A DNA stretch of 64,000 nt from an uncultured Gammaproteobacteria bacterium (lineage in GTDB: Bacteria; Pseudomonadota; Gammaproteobacteria; Nitrosococcales; Methylophagaceae), in assembly GCA_943846725.1 (NCBI GenBank), contig OX044353.1:1280888-1344887 (forward strand), written 5' to 3'. This document shows positions 48,115 through 59,178 of the stretch, in pieces (the stretch's first letter is position 1; each line of letters opens with the position of its first letter). The translations under genes and the position numbers were made by a program. The notes below the pieces were generated by a model that did no database searches, was not told the origin of the DNA, and worked only from the letters and a program-made list of their open reading frames with translations.

Positions 48115-49764
48115 CTAAGACATAACACCTTTAATCATATAAAAGATTGCTGCCGCCAAAACTGCAGCTGAAGGCACTGTGATTAACCAAGCTGTGATGA
48201 TTTTCTTCACCATTCCTCGTTTGACATACAGTGTTTTCTGTTCTTCTTTCAATGATTTTTTCACGCCTTTGATAACGCTTTTTTCTTCGTTTATTTGACG
48301 GTATAAAATCGATATACGCTGATAATCTTGCTCATTTTTTTCTGCTTTAGCTTCCAAACTTTTCAGTTCTTCTTCCATTGCAATTAGCAATTTCTTCTCA
48401 TCTTTTATCTCTGCTTTGTCTTTCTCAATCTCGTATTCAATGGATTGCGTTTTATCCAACCACTCTCTTAAAAAACCGACACCAAAAATGCCACCAATAG
48501 CGATATGAGTTGAACTAACTGGCAGACCCAACTGGCTGGCGATAATCACAGTAATAGCTGCTGCCATAGCAATAGAAAATGCACGCGTCTGATCAAGTTC
48601 AGTTATTTCGCTACCAACTGTTTTAATCAGGCGGGGGCCATACAAAGCTAAACCAATAGCAATACCAAAGGCACCAACAGCCATCACCCAAAAAGGAATC
48701 TCTGCTTTGGCTGAAATCCCACCCGTCATCACCGCATCATTAATTGCCGCTAAAGGGCCAATCGCATTGGCCACATCATTAGCGCCATGGGCAAAACTCA
48801 ATAAAGCAGCAGCAAAAATAAGTGGGATGGTAAATAAGATATTAACGCTATCGCGATCATTGCCTAATGTTGCTAATTTGCCTTTAAGCCTATTTCTGAG
48901 CCAAACAAAAACAATAACAGCTATTACCAAGCCTATTGTTGCTGCTGCTGCAAAACTCGGCTTTTTAGTAACCTCAACTGTGAAAAAAGTGAAGTCATTC
49001 ACTACTGTTAATAGATCAGGCCAAATTTTCTTTAAACCTTTCAAAATAAGATAGGTCACAAAAGCCCATGACATGATAGCGACATAGACTGGAACCCATT
49101 TATAAGAAGCTTGAATTTTATTCTTTTTAAAGATGATCGTTTTTTTAATCGCAAGTAAAAATGACGCGGCAATAACACCGCCAATCACAGGTGATATAAC
49201 CCAAGAACTAGCAATTTTGGCCATGGTTCCCCAATCAACGATGCCAAAACCAGAAGCGGCGATCCCCGCCCCCATCACACCACCAACAATGGAATGTGTT
49301 GTCGATACGGGTGCCCTTGCCATTGTGGCTAAGTTTAGCCAGAGTGCTGCTGCCATCAAGGCTGCCATCATTGCCCATAAAAAGCTATCTGTATCGTCAC
49401 CAAATGACTCAATATTTATGATGCCTTTTTTAATGGTAGAAACCACTTCACCACCCGCAATAAATGCGCCGCCGGCTTCAAATATCATGGCGATAATAAT
49501 CGCACCTGTCATCGTTAATGCCTTGGACCCGACAGCTGGACCTACATTATTAGCAACATCATTGGCGCCAATATTCATTGCCATATAACCACCGAAAACA
49601 GCGGCTACCGCTAAGAAAATATGGTTCGGAATATCGCCTGTAGTGGCAAAACTAAACGCTAAAATTGCAACAAGAAAGAATAGGGCAAACCCCAAACGTG
49701 CTAACTCAATTCCACTCTTTTCAATTGCTCGTTGTTCTAATTCGTGAATTTTCTTTATTTCCAC
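48115..49764 (-). CDS. PiT-family inorganic phosphate transporter
   Basis: 549 aa with the duplicated GANDVAN motif (NIGANDVANNVG and HGANDVANAIG) and the final helix motif ITAWLITVP. A Lys/Glu-rich insert precedes the last helix. Confidence 0.88.
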   Translation of the reverse strand: MEIKKIHELEQRAIEKSGIELARLGFALFFLVAILAFSFATTGDIPNHIFLAVAAVFGGYMAMNIGANDVANNVGPAVGSKALTMTGAIIIAMIFEAGGAFIAGGEVVSTIKKGIINIESFGDDTDSFLWAMMAALMAAALWLNLATMARAPVSTTHSIVGGVMGAGIAASGFGIVDWGTMAKIASSWVISPVIGGVIAASFLLAIKKTIIFKKNKIQASYKWVPVYVAIMSWAFVTYLILKGLKKIWPDLLTVVNDFTFFTVEVTKKPSFAAAATIGLVIAVIVFVWLRNRLKGKLATLGNDRDSVNILFTIPLIFAAALLSFAHGANDVANAIGPLAAINDAVMTGGISAKAEIPFWVMAVGAFGIAIGLALYGPRLIKTVGSEITELDQTRAFSIAMAAAITVIIASQLGLPVSSTHIAIGGIFGVGFLREWLDKTQSIEYEIEKDKAEIKDEKKLLIAMEEELKSLEAKAEKNEQDYQRISILYRQINEEKSVIKGVKKSLKEEQKTLYVKRGMVKKIITAWLITVPSAAVLAAAIFYMIKGVMS

Positions 49765-49916
49765 AGTAAATAAACACCATTAATTAAATGCCACAAAACG
49801 TTACCATTAACGAAACTTAAATCATACTAAATTAGTTTTTTCTCTCGAAAAATGAAACAATTACTAGTCAACTAAGTCTATCAATACACTAATATTGCGA
49901 ACCGTTACTAAAACTT

Positions 49917-51749
49917 ATGAAAAAAATTTTATTATTGCTTTTATTCACAATCGCCTTGCCCCTCCAGGTAAATGGAGGACTATTTGAGGGCACGGGGTCA
50001 CTTTCAGCGAATGATACACCTCCACCCATGGATGAAGCATTTTCATTTTCGGTTCATATCCAAGATCAACAGACATTACTTGGACGTTTTGTCATAGCCG
50101 ATGGTAATTATATCTATCGTGACAAAATTAAATTTGAACTTAGCGGTGAACACCCCATTCAGCTGCAGGGTTACACACTACCCGCGGGTGAAAACAAGAT
50201 CGATGAAATTTTTGGTCCGACAGAGGTTTATCATCATGATACCGATATTGTATTACCGCTCAGTCGTACCAATCTTGCGCAAGAAATCACGTTTACAGCA
50301 CATTATCAGGGCTGTTCCGAGACGTTTAATATCTGCTACCCGCCAACAAAAAAACAATTCACATTACAACTTGCAGAAACGACACAATCTGCACCGCCAA
50401 GTCTGACATCAACTGAAACCGATATAGAACTACCGTTTTCTGAGCAAGATAAAATTGCCCACAGCTTGGCTAACGATGGTATTGGAAAAATTATCCTTGG
50501 GTTTTTCGGCTTAGGACTTTTACTCGCTTTCACACCATGCGTGTTTCCGATGATTCCAATCCTCTCCAGCATTATCGTGGGTGAAGGAGAACACATTACA
50601 ACACGTCGGGCATTTATCTTATCGTTAACCTATGTGCTCGCCATGTCCATTACATACACCCTTGCTGGGGTCATCACTGGCTTGCTGGGAGAAAACTTAC
50701 AATCTTTGCTACAAAACCCATGGGTTATTGGTAGCTTTAGTGCCTTATTTGTTCTCTTATCGCTCTCTATGTTTGGCCTCTATGAGCTTCAGCTCCCCCA
50801 TGGCTTACAAAACCGTCTCCACCAAATGAGCCATAATCAGGAAGGAGGCAAACTACTTGGTGTTGGTATAATGGGTTTGCTGTCAGGCCTTATTGTTGGG
50901 CCCTGTTTAGCACCGCCATTAGCCGGAGCATTAATTTTTATCGGTCAGCACGGCGATCCGGTTCTCGGTGGAACAGCCCTATTTTCACTGAGCATGGGCA
51001 TGGGGCTACCTCTCATTGTTATTGGTACTTCAGCAGGATCCCTCCTGCCCAAAGCGGGTGGTTGGATGAACAGTATCAAGTATATATTCGGCGTATTAAT
51101 GCTTGCCTTAGCAATCTGGCTATTAGAAAGAATCATCCCTGAATCAGTCGCATTACTATTATGGGGTAGCTTATTTATCATTACCGCTATCTACCTTGGT
51201 GCGCTCAATACCCTCAATATAGAGTCTAGTGGTTGGGAAAAACTACTCAAAGGTAGCGGCATGATTGTGCTTATCTACGGTAGCTTATTAATTATTGGTG
51301 GCGCTAGCGGTAGTCGCAGTATCTGGCAGCCATTGCATGGCCTAACTATGGCATCAGCAAGCAACAGTAGTATCAGTTCGCATGGCATCACCTTTACTCA
51401 AATAAACAACCTTGATGATCTAAACCAACAACTTGCCCAGTACGATCGTATAGCGATGCTCGACCTCTATGCCGACTGGTGTACTGATTGTAAAACAATG
51501 GAGCTGACAACCTTCCAAGATCCCAACCTAATCGAAGCGATGTCTAATATGACTAAATTACAAGTCGACCTCACCGATAACACTGATGATCACAAAGCCC
51601 TATTAAAGGAATTCGGCCTCTTCGGACCACCAACCCTCCTATTTTTTGATGCTAATGGCAATGAGTACAAGCAATACCGCTTGGTTGGCGCAATCGATGC
51701 CGAAGGTTTATTACAACATTTAGCAAAACTACCGGCTAGCGCATTGTAG
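49917..51749 (+). CDS. dsbD: thiol:disulfide interchange protein DsbD
   Basis: 610 aa. It has a signal peptide, an N-terminal periplasmic domain, a membrane core with TPCVFPMIP and GPCLAPP, and a C-terminal thioredoxin domain with WCTDCK. Confidence 0.92.
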   Translation: MKKILLLLLFTIALPLQVNGGLFEGTGSLSANDTPPPMDEAFSFSVHIQDQQTLLGRFVIADGNYIYRDKIKFELSGEHPIQLQGYTLPAGENKIDEIFGPTEVYHHDTDIVLPLSRTNLAQEITFTAHYQGCSETFNICYPPTKKQFTLQLAETTQSAPPSLTSTETDIELPFSEQDKIAHSLANDGIGKIILGFFGLGLLLAFTPCVFPMIPILSSIIVGEGEHITTRRAFILSLTYVLAMSITYTLAGVITGLLGENLQSLLQNPWVIGSFSALFVLLSLSMFGLYELQLPHGLQNRLHQMSHNQEGGKLLGVGIMGLLSGLIVGPCLAPPLAGALIFIGQHGDPVLGGTALFSLSMGMGLPLIVIGTSAGSLLPKAGGWMNSIKYIFGVLMLALAIWLLERIIPESVALLLWGSLFIITAIYLGALNTLNIESSGWEKLLKGSGMIVLIYGSLLIIGGASGSRSIWQPLHGLTMASASNSSISSHGITFTQINNLDDLNQQLAQYDRIAMLDLYADWCTDCKTMELTTFQDPNLIEAMSNMTKLQVDLTDNTDDHKALLKEFGLFGPPTLLFFDANGNEYKQYRLVGAIDAEGLLQHLAKLPASAL

Positions 51750-51876
51750 GCCTAATTTTTCTAGTTCGGCGAACTTAGCGACAAAAAAGCCCTTTTTTTA
51801 CTTAAAAACTGGACAATTAAACACTTATAGTGCAGAATCTGCCGAATATTCATTGTTCTAGGTTCCTAACCCAAAA

Positions 51877-52314
51877 ATGGCAAATTTTTTAGTCCTTAAT
51901 GGCCCAAATTTAAATCTGCTAGGTACACGAGAGCCTGAACACTACGGCGCTGATACTTTAGAGGGTATTATTACCCATTTAACACAATATGCCAGCGAAC
52001 GCGGCCATAAATTAGAAAGCTTTCAAAGCAATGCTGAGCATGAGCTTGTTAATAAAATACACAACGCACGTACTGCTGATATTCATTTTATTATTATTAA
52101 CCCTGCTGCTTTCACTCACACCAGCGTTGCAATTCGCGACGCATTAGCGGCAGTAGAAATACCTTTTATTGAAGTACACCTATCGAACGTACAAGCAAGA
52201 GAGTCATTTCGTCATCATTCCTACCTCACAGATATTGCCTTTGGCATGATCTGCGGCCTAGGCGCTCAAGGCTATGAACTTGCCTTGCAGGCAGCAATTA
52301 AAAATATTCACTAA
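51877..52314 (+). CDS. aroQ: type II 3-dehydroquinate dehydratase
   Basis: 145 aa. Contains [23 protein letters not shown] and [13 protein letters not shown]. Confidence 0.94.
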   Translation: MANFLVLNGPNLNLLGTREPEHYGADTLEGIITHLTQYASERGHKLESFQSNAEHELVNKIHNARTADIHFIIINPAAFTHTSVAIRDALAAVEIPFIEVHLSNVQARESFRHHSYLTDIAFGMICGLGAQGYELALQAAIKNIH

Positions 52315-52329
52315 TCTTAAGGTTACTCT

Positions 52330-52794
52330 ATGGACATTCGTAAGATAAAAAAACTGATCGATTTAATTCAAGAATCTGACGTCGCTGAAATTGAAATTCA
52401 GGAAGGAGAAGAATCTGTTCGCATTAGCCGCTCTGGGCCCAACAATCAGGTCATGATGCAAGCACCTGCTATGCAGTATGCACCAAGTCCTGCCCCCGCT
52501 GCAGCAGCTGCACCTGCTCCCGCTGCTGATGAAACACCCGCAACGGCAGCGCCTAGCACTGCAAACGCCGTGACATCTCCAATGGTAGGCACATTCTATC
52601 GTTCTTCATCTCCAGAATCAGCAGCATTTGTTGAAGTCGGTCAAACGGTCTCTGAAGGTGATGTTATCTGTATCATCGAAGCGATGAAAATGTTTAATCA
52701 AATCGAATCAGATCGTAGCGGTACAGTAAAAGCAATTCTGGTTGAAAATGGTCACCCAGTTGAGTTTGGTGAACCTCTCATTGTTATTGAATAA
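52330..52794 (+). CDS. accB: acetyl-CoA carboxylase biotin carboxyl carrier protein
   Basis: 154 aa with an Ala/Pro-rich linker and the biotinylation motif EAMKM. Confidence 0.94.
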   Translation: MDIRKIKKLIDLIQESDVAEIEIQEGEESVRISRSGPNNQVMMQAPAMQYAPSPAPAAAAAPAPAADETPATAAPSTANAVTSPMVGTFYRSSSPESAAFVEVGQTVSEGDVICIIEAMKMFNQIESDRSGTVKAILVENGHPVEFGEPLIVIE

Positions 52795-52853
52795 CACTGT
52801 TTTAACGTTATTTTTAACTTACTCGCATACCAAATTGTGGATATAGAATCATC

Positions 52854-54194
52854 ATGATAGAAAAAATTGTCATCGCTAATCGTGGAGAGATAGCTCTCCG
52901 TGTCCTTCGAGCTTGTCGAGAACTAGGTATTAAAACTGTCGCCGTCCATTCCGATGTAGATCGTGATTTAAAGCATGTTTTATTAGCAGATGAAACTGTT
53001 TGTATTGGTCCGGCACCCTCAAATGAAAGTTATCTTAATATTCCGGCACTGATCAGTGCCGCAGAAATCACAGATGCATCCGCTATTCATCCGGGTTATG
53101 GCTTTTTGTCAGAAAATGCTGATTTTTCTGAGCGTGTTGAACAAAGTGGCTTTATCTTTATTGGACCAAAGGCAGAAACAATTCGTCTAATGGGTGATAA
53201 AGTTTCCGCTATTGCCGCAATGAAAGAAGCCGGCGTACCTTGTGTTCCAGGTTCTGATGGTCCACTAACTGATGATGATAATAGAAACCTAGAACTAGCC
53301 CGACAAATTGGCTATCCGATTATCATTAAAGCATCCGGTGGTGGTGGTGGTAGAGGCATGCGCGAGGTCCATAGTGAAGCGCACTTGTTAAATGCGATTG
53401 CCTTGACGAAAAGTGAAGCAAAAGCAGCCTTTGCTAATGATATGGTTTATATGGAAAAGTTTTTAGAAGACCCGCGCCATGTCGAATTCCAAGTTCTTGC
53501 AGATCAACACGGCAACGCTATTCATCTAGGTGAAAGAGATTGCTCAATGCAGCGTCGCCATCAAAAAGTATTAGAAGAAGCGCCAGCGCCAGGCATTTCT
53601 GATGAGCTACGCCAAAAAATGGGGAAAATCTGTGCTGATGCCTGTATTCGAATTGGCTACCGAGGTGCAGGTACATTTGAATTCTTATATCAGGATGGTG
53701 AGTTTTATTTCATTGAAATGAACACCCGTATCCAGGTTGAACATCCTGTCACTGAACGAGTCACTGACACCGATCTCGTAGCAGAACAAATTAGAATCGC
53801 AGCTGGTGAACCGCTATCACTCACACAAGATGACATTAAAATCCGTGGTCATGCTATCGAATGTCGAATCAATGCCGAAGATGCAAAAACATTTATGCCA
53901 AGCCCAGGCACTATCACCCATTACCATGCCCCGGGCGGCGCAGGTATTCGCATGGACTCTCACGTCTATAGTGGCTATCGTGTTCCACCTAATTATGACT
54001 CACTTATTGGAAAGCTCATCGTTTACGGTAAAACACGTGATTCGGCAATTGCAAGAATGCGAACAGCTTTGCAAGAAATTGGTATAGAGGGCATTAAAAC
54101 TAATGTCGCTCTACAAAGCGATATTATTAATGACACCAATTTCCAACAAGGTGGTACTAATATCCACTATCTTGAAAAGAAACTAGGTCTTTGA
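52854..54194 (+). CDS. accC: acetyl-CoA carboxylase biotin carboxylase subunit
   Basis: 446 aa. Contains [21 protein letters not shown] and [14 protein letters not shown]. Confidence 0.95.
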   Translation: MIEKIVIANRGEIALRVLRACRELGIKTVAVHSDVDRDLKHVLLADETVCIGPAPSNESYLNIPALISAAEITDASAIHPGYGFLSENADFSERVEQSGFIFIGPKAETIRLMGDKVSAIAAMKEAGVPCVPGSDGPLTDDDNRNLELARQIGYPIIIKASGGGGGRGMREVHSEAHLLNAIALTKSEAKAAFANDMVYMEKFLEDPRHVEFQVLADQHGNAIHLGERDCSMQRRHQKVLEEAPAPGISDELRQKMGKICADACIRIGYRGAGTFEFLYQDGEFYFIEMNTRIQVEHPVTERVTDTDLVAEQIRIAAGEPLSLTQDDIKIRGHAIECRINAEDAKTFMPSPGTITHYHAPGGAGIRMDSHVYSGYRVPPNYDSLIGKLIVYGKTRDSAIARMRTALQEIGIEGIKTNVALQSDIINDTNFQQGGTNIHYLEKKLGL

Positions 54195-54201
54195 TCAAAA
54201 A

Positions 54202-55080
54202 ATGGCTTGGATACAGTTTATATTTAGCAGCACCTCTGATGCTGCTGAATCCTTATCCGACTTCCTGTCTGAATGTGGTGCTGGTGCGGTAACCTTTCAA
54301 GATAGTGCCGATCAGCCGATATATGAGCCTGATATAGGCTCAACACCTTTATGGCGAACCACCAACGTCATCGCTTTATTTGATGCTGAAACAAATGTTG
54401 ATGAAGTACTTGCTCGACTAGAAAGCCAGCTAGCACCAAATAGTATTCCTAAGCATAGAATTGAAGCCGTCGAAGATAAAGACTGGATCAGAGAATGGAT
54501 GGATAACTTCCAACCTATCAACTTTGGGCAGCGACTCTGGATTTGTCCAAGCTGGTTAGAGCCCCCCCAACCAGATGCAACGAATATTATGCTAGACCCC
54601 GGCCTTGCATTCGGAACGGGCACCCATCCAACAACAGCCTTATGCCTTAACTGGTTAGATCAGGCTGATATCAAAGATAAATATATTATTGACTATGGCT
54701 GTGGTAGCGGCATTTTGGCCATTGCAGCAGCCCTTTTGGGGGCAAAAAAAGTCATTGGCGTCGATACCGATCCACAAGCATTAGAGGCAACCAAGGCTAA
54801 TGCTGAACGTAATGGCGTACAGATTGAGACTTATTTACCTGAAGATTGTCCATCGCAAACAGCCGATATTTTACTCGCTAATATCTTGGCTGGACCATTG
54901 CAATCGCTAGCTCCAACTTTCGCTAGATTATGTAAATCAAATGCAGAACTTGTATTGTCAGGCATTCTTGAATCTCAATCTGAACAAGTGAGCGAACACT
55001 ACAATAGCTGGTTTCATATGGATCCTGCGGAACAAAAACAGGAATGGACTCGCCTTACCGGGCAGAGACATGACGGTTAG
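54202..55080 (+). CDS. prmA: ribosomal protein L11 methyltransferase
   Basis: 292 aa. Contains LDPGLAFGTGTHPTT and DYGCGSGILAIAA. Confidence 0.92.
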   Translation: MAWIQFIFSSTSDAAESLSDFLSECGAGAVTFQDSADQPIYEPDIGSTPLWRTTNVIALFDAETNVDEVLARLESQLAPNSIPKHRIEAVEDKDWIREWMDNFQPINFGQRLWICPSWLEPPQPDATNIMLDPGLAFGTGTHPTTALCLNWLDQADIKDKYIIDYGCGSGILAIAAALLGAKKVIGVDTDPQALEATKANAERNGVQIETYLPEDCPSQTADILLANILAGPLQSLAPTFARLCKSNAELVLSGILESQSEQVSEHYNSWFHMDPAEQKQEWTRLTGQRHDG

Positions 55081-56074
55081 AACTCAGATGAACATAGGCC
55101 CTTATCAACTTCCCAATAATCTGTTTCTTGCGCCTATGGCAGGCGTGACTGACCGTCCCTTTCGTCAATTATGCCGCCGCTTAGGTGCAGGCATGGCTGT
55201 CTCTGAAATGATCACAGCGAATAAAACATTGTGGGGAAGTAAAAAATCACAGCTTCGTGCCAATCACATTGGTGAACCTGAACCACGTAGTATCCAAATT
55301 GCAGGTACTGATCCCGACATGATGGCGGAAGCGGCACAGCATAATGTTATTCATGGTGCCGACATTATAGATATTAATATGGGTTGCCCCGCAAAAAAAG
55401 TCTGTAATGTAATGGCGGGCTCGGCTCTGCTTCAAAATGAAACATTAGTTGCTGATATTCTCGAAGCCGTAGTAACAGCTGTAGAGGTACCCGTCACACT
55501 GAAAATTCGTACAGGGTGGGATCGTGAACACCGTAATGGCGTAGCAATAGCAAAAATCGCCGAGCAATCAGGTATACAAGCATTAGCCGTTCATGGTCGA
55601 ACACGTGCCGATGCCTATAAGGGTGAAGCAGAATACGATACGATTGCCGAGATTAAATCGGCTATTACCATACCTGTTATTGCCAATGGCGATATCTCAA
55701 CGCCCATCAAAGCCAAACAGATCCTAGATTACACAAATGCAGATGCATTAATGATAGGCCGAGCTGCTCAAGGTAATCCTTGGATCTTCAAACAAATAAG
55801 TCACTATTTGAACACAGGACATGATCTTGCTGCGCCGCCTATAGATGAAGTCCGTCGCATCTTAATAGACCATTTACATGCACTCTACACATTTTACGGT
55901 GAATACACTGGCGTTCGTATGGCCCGTAAACACATCGCTTGGTATAGTAAGGGTTTAAAAAACGGTAATCCCTTCCGCCAACAGATGAATACCTTTGAGC
56001 TACCACAACAACAATTAGAGTTTACTGAGCAGTTTTTTAATGATCTAGCGCAACAGGATACTATTGCAGCATGA
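55070..56074 (+). CDS. dusB: tRNA dihydrouridine synthase B
   Basis: 334 aa. Contains LAPMAGVTDRPFR and DINMGCPAKKV. It is followed by fis, as in the enteric dusB-fis operon. Confidence 0.93.
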   Translation: MTVRTQMNIGPYQLPNNLFLAPMAGVTDRPFRQLCRRLGAGMAVSEMITANKTLWGSKKSQLRANHIGEPEPRSIQIAGTDPDMMAEAAQHNVIHGADIIDINMGCPAKKVCNVMAGSALLQNETLVADILEAVVTAVEVPVTLKIRTGWDREHRNGVAIAKIAEQSGIQALAVHGRTRADAYKGEAEYDTIAEIKSAITIPVIANGDISTPIKAKQILDYTNADALMIGRAAQGNPWIFKQISHYLNTGHDLAAPPIDEVRRILIDHLHALYTFYGEYTGVRMARKHIAWYSKGLKNGNPFRQQMNTFELPQQQLEFTEQFFNDLAQQDTIAA

Positions 56075-56361
56075 CTAAGCCATTTAATAAACGACCTGCT
56101 AGCAATCCCAACGAACACGCCACCCTTAAAGGACCGGAAAATTCCTTGAGCGAATGTGTGGAACATGCTCTAAAGGATTACTTTGAGCAACTTGACGGCC
56201 ATCCAGCAGCCAATCTTTATGACATGCTGTTAACTGAGGTGGAAGCGCCACTCATTAAAGCAACGCTAGAACATACTAAGGGTAATCAAAGTCGTACTGC
56301 TGAGATCCTCGGTATCAACCGCGGCACACTGCGTAAAAAAATAAAACTCTACGGTCTATAA
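56071..56361 (+). CDS. fis: DNA-binding protein Fis
   Basis: 96 aa with C-terminal GNQSRTAEILGINRGTLRKKIKLYGL. The start overlaps the dusB stop (ATGA). Confidence 0.93.
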   Translation: MTKPFNKRPASNPNEHATLKGPENSLSECVEHALKDYFEQLDGHPAANLYDMLLTEVEAPLIKATLEHTKGNQSRTAEILGINRGTLRKKIKLYGL

Positions 56362-56396
56362 GACCTAATAATATTTAAAATTTTAAGGCCCAGTTA

Positions 56397-57965
56397 ATGA
56401 ATAAAATCAAACGCGCACTACTCAGTGTGTCTGATAAAACAGGTGTTGTTGAATTAGCTCAACAGCTACATCAACTTAATATCGAACTACTCTCAACGGG
56501 TGGTACAGCAAAATTATTAAGCGAAGCAGGCCTCCCTGTTAAAGAAGTATCAGAACATACTGGTTTCCCGGAAATGATGGCGGGCCGGATCAAGACCCTA
56601 CATCCCAAGATACACGGCGGTCTGTTAGGTCGACGTGGCACCGATGAAGCGATCATGGCCGAGCATGATATCGCCCCTATAGACCTTGTTGTAGTCAACC
56701 TCTACCCATTCGAAGCCACTATTGCGCGTGATGATTGTACCCTTGCCATGGCAATCGAGAATATCGATATCGGTGGCCCAACGATGCTACGTGCGGCAGC
56801 CAAAAATCATGCTGACGTTACCGTACTGATCGACCCAGCAGACTATAGCCGCGTGCTCGAACAGTTACAACAAACAGGTGCTGTTGATGATGACACCCGC
56901 TTTGATCTAGCTGTAAAGACCTTCGAACACACAGCACATTATGATGGTGCGATTGCAAATTATTTGGGTAAAATCACGTCAAATAGTGATGAAAAAGCTG
57001 ATTTTCCTCGTACCTTCAATAGCCAATTCCATAAATCACAAGATATGCGCTATGGGGAAAACCCCCACCAAAAAGCGGCTTTTTACAGAGAAAGCCAACC
57101 AGAAATAGGCACTATCGGTGCTGCTGTACAGCTACAGGGCAAAGCATTGTCATACAATAATATTGCTGACACAGATGCTGCGCTAGAGTGTGTTAAAGCA
57201 TTCTCAGAATCACCAGCTTGCGTCATCGTTAAGCATGCTAACCCGTGTGGTGTTGCAACAGCAGATAATATATTGGCAGCTTACAACCTAGCCTATCAAA
57301 CAGATACTACTTCTGCTTTTGGTGGCATTATTGCCTTTAACCGTACACTGGATGCAGACACGGCTAAAGCGATTATTGAAAGACAATTTGTCGAAGTCAT
57401 TATTGCACCTGATGTCAGTCCAGAAGCACAGACCATTGTTGCTCAAAAAGCCAATGTCCGCTTACTGAATTCAGGCGTATTTCCACAACAACAATCGCAA
57501 GGTCTGGACTACAAACGTGTTACTGGTGGTCTACTTGTACAAGATCGTGACACAGCACTTGTCACAGAAGATGAGCTTAAAGTTGTTACTAAAAAAGCCC
57601 CGACCGCAGAACAAATGCAAGACCTTCTGTTCGCATGGCGTGTTGCCAAATTTGTTAAATCAAATGCCATTGTTTACGCTCATAACTTACAAACTGTCGG
57701 CATAGGTGCTGGCCAAATGAGTCGTGTTGTCAGTAGCCGCATTGCCGGTATTAAAGCTGAAGATGCTGGCCTTACAGTGCCTGGTGCAGTGATGGCATCT
57801 GATGCGTTCTTCCCCTTCCGTGATGGCCTAGATGCTGCCGCAGAGGCTGGCATCAGTGCTGTCATCCAACCTGGTGGTTCCATGCGTGATGATGAAGTCA
57901 TTGCCGCTGCAGATGATCATGGTATTGCGATGGTATTCACAGGTATGCGGCATTTCCGACACTAA
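56397..57965 (+). CDS. purH: bifunctional AICAR transformylase / IMP cyclohydrolase
   Basis: 522 aa. Contains [28 protein letters not shown] and C-terminal FTGMRHFRH. Confidence 0.95.
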   Translation: MNKIKRALLSVSDKTGVVELAQQLHQLNIELLSTGGTAKLLSEAGLPVKEVSEHTGFPEMMAGRIKTLHPKIHGGLLGRRGTDEAIMAEHDIAPIDLVVVNLYPFEATIARDDCTLAMAIENIDIGGPTMLRAAAKNHADVTVLIDPADYSRVLEQLQQTGAVDDDTRFDLAVKTFEHTAHYDGAIANYLGKITSNSDEKADFPRTFNSQFHKSQDMRYGENPHQKAAFYRESQPEIGTIGAAVQLQGKALSYNNIADTDAALECVKAFSESPACVIVKHANPCGVATADNILAAYNLAYQTDTTSAFGGIIAFNRTLDADTAKAIIERQFVEVIIAPDVSPEAQTIVAQKANVRLLNSGVFPQQQSQGLDYKRVTGGLLVQDRDTALVTEDELKVVTKKAPTAEQMQDLLFAWRVAKFVKSNAIVYAHNLQTVGIGAGQMSRVVSSRIAGIKAEDAGLTVPGAVMASDAFFPFRDGLDAAAEAGISAVIQPGGSMRDDEVIAAADDHGIAMVFTGMRHFRH

Positions 57966-58146
57966 TACCCAATATGGCGCTGTTTTAGATTGCTTAAACA
58001 CCGACCTAAATCAGCGTCTATTAAACTAAACCACGTTCAGAATGACATAATAATGTCTGGAAAGAAATTAAACTTTGACGAAGTTCTTTCTCTTTACGGC
58101 TTGCTCTTTTATTATGTAGGACTTTCTTGATGCAAAGAGATAAACC

Positions 58147-59175
58147 ATGATTAAAGTAGGTATTGTTGGGGCAACAGGCTACACCGGCGTTGAGCTATTA
58201 CGCTTATTAGCAAAACACCCCGAAGTCTCGATTGAATGCATCACTTCGCGCAGCGAAGCGAGCACGGCTGTCAGCGATTTATTTCCTAATTTACGTGGTC
58301 ATCTGAACCAGAACTTCAGCAATCCAGATGTCGAACAGCTAGCAGCTTGTGATGTCGTCTTTTTTGCAACGCCACATTGCGTAGCCATGGAAATGGTGCC
58401 TAAGCTCATTGAGGCTGGAACTCGTGTCATCGATCTGTCTGCAGATTTCAGACTCCGTGATGCTGAACTTTGGCAACAATGGTATAACATGCCTCACACC
58501 TGCCCAGAGTTACTCGATCTTGCCGTATACGGCTTACCTGAAGTCAACCGCGCTAGCATTAAAGATGCCCAATTAATTGCCGTGCCTGGCTGTTACCCTA
58601 CGGCAACTCAATTGGGCTTTTTACCCCTATTAGAACAAAAAATCATCGACCCATTACAATTGATTGCTGATGCCAAATCTGGTGTCAGTGGTGCCGGACG
58701 TAAAGCGGCTGTAGCGACGCTACTGACCGAGTCATCAGAAAGCATGAAAGCATATGCTGCCAATGGCCATCGCCACTTACCTGAAATAAAACAAGGTCTA
58801 GCACAAGCAGCCGGATCAGATATCGGCTTAACATTTGTACCGCACCTCACCCCCATGATCCGTGGTATCCATGCCACTCTCTACGGCAAACTCAACAAAC
58901 AATGTGATTTACAGGCCATGTTTGAGCAACGCTACGCAGATGAACCTTTTGTTGACGTAATGCCTCATGGCTCTCATCCTGAAACGCGTAGTGTTCGTGG
59001 TAGCAATGTTTGCCGAATTGCAGTACACCAACCACAACAGGGCGACACTGTAGTTGTCTTATCCGCAATCGATAATTTGGTCAAGGGCGCATCCGGTCAA
59101 GCTATTCAAAATATGAATATTATGTTTGGTTTTAATGAATCATTGGCGATAGATACTATTGCAGCGCTGCCTTAG
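58147..59175 (+). CDS. argC: N-acetyl-gamma-glutamyl-phosphate reductase
   Basis: 342 aa. Contains [11 protein letters not shown], the active-site segment PGCYPTA and [11 protein letters not shown]. Confidence 0.94.
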   Translation: MIKVGIVGATGYTGVELLRLLAKHPEVSIECITSRSEASTAVSDLFPNLRGHLNQNFSNPDVEQLAACDVVFFATPHCVAMEMVPKLIEAGTRVIDLSADFRLRDAELWQQWYNMPHTCPELLDLAVYGLPEVNRASIKDAQLIAVPGCYPTATQLGFLPLLEQKIIDPLQLIADAKSGVSGAGRKAAVATLLTESSESMKAYAANGHRHLPEIKQGLAQAAGSDIGLTFVPHLTPMIRGIHATLYGKLNKQCDLQAMFEQRYADEPFVDVMPHGSHPETRSVRGSNVCRIAVHQPQQGDTVVVLSAIDNLVKGASGQAIQNMNIMFGFNESLAIDTIAALP

Positions 59176-59178
59176 ATC

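Noticed and set aside
48707-49588. Long plus-strand ORFs (115 and 151 aa) lie antisense to the PiT transporter gene.
   Set aside because: They lie entirely inside a well-supported minus-strand gene. They encode low-complexity Ala/Ile/Pro-rich sequence typical of the antisense frame of membrane-protein genes, and have no recognisable motif or ribosome-binding site.
49765-49916. I looked for a Pho box in the divergent PiT/dsbD promoter region and upstream of ppx (36877-36980).
   Set aside because: I found no TGTCA-type repeats with 11-bp phasing. There are only short 5-bp inverted repeats (for example GCAAT...ATTGC near 36905-36930), which are not distinctive in AT-rich DNA.
57832-58029. A 65-aa ORF runs from the purH 3-prime end into the purH-argC spacer. 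I also checked the 181-nt spacer for an RNA gene or terminator.
   Set aside because: The ORF is mostly out of frame inside purH. In the spacer I found only a weak 5-bp stem (GACAT/ATGTC), with no convincing terminator, riboswitch or tRNA-like structure.
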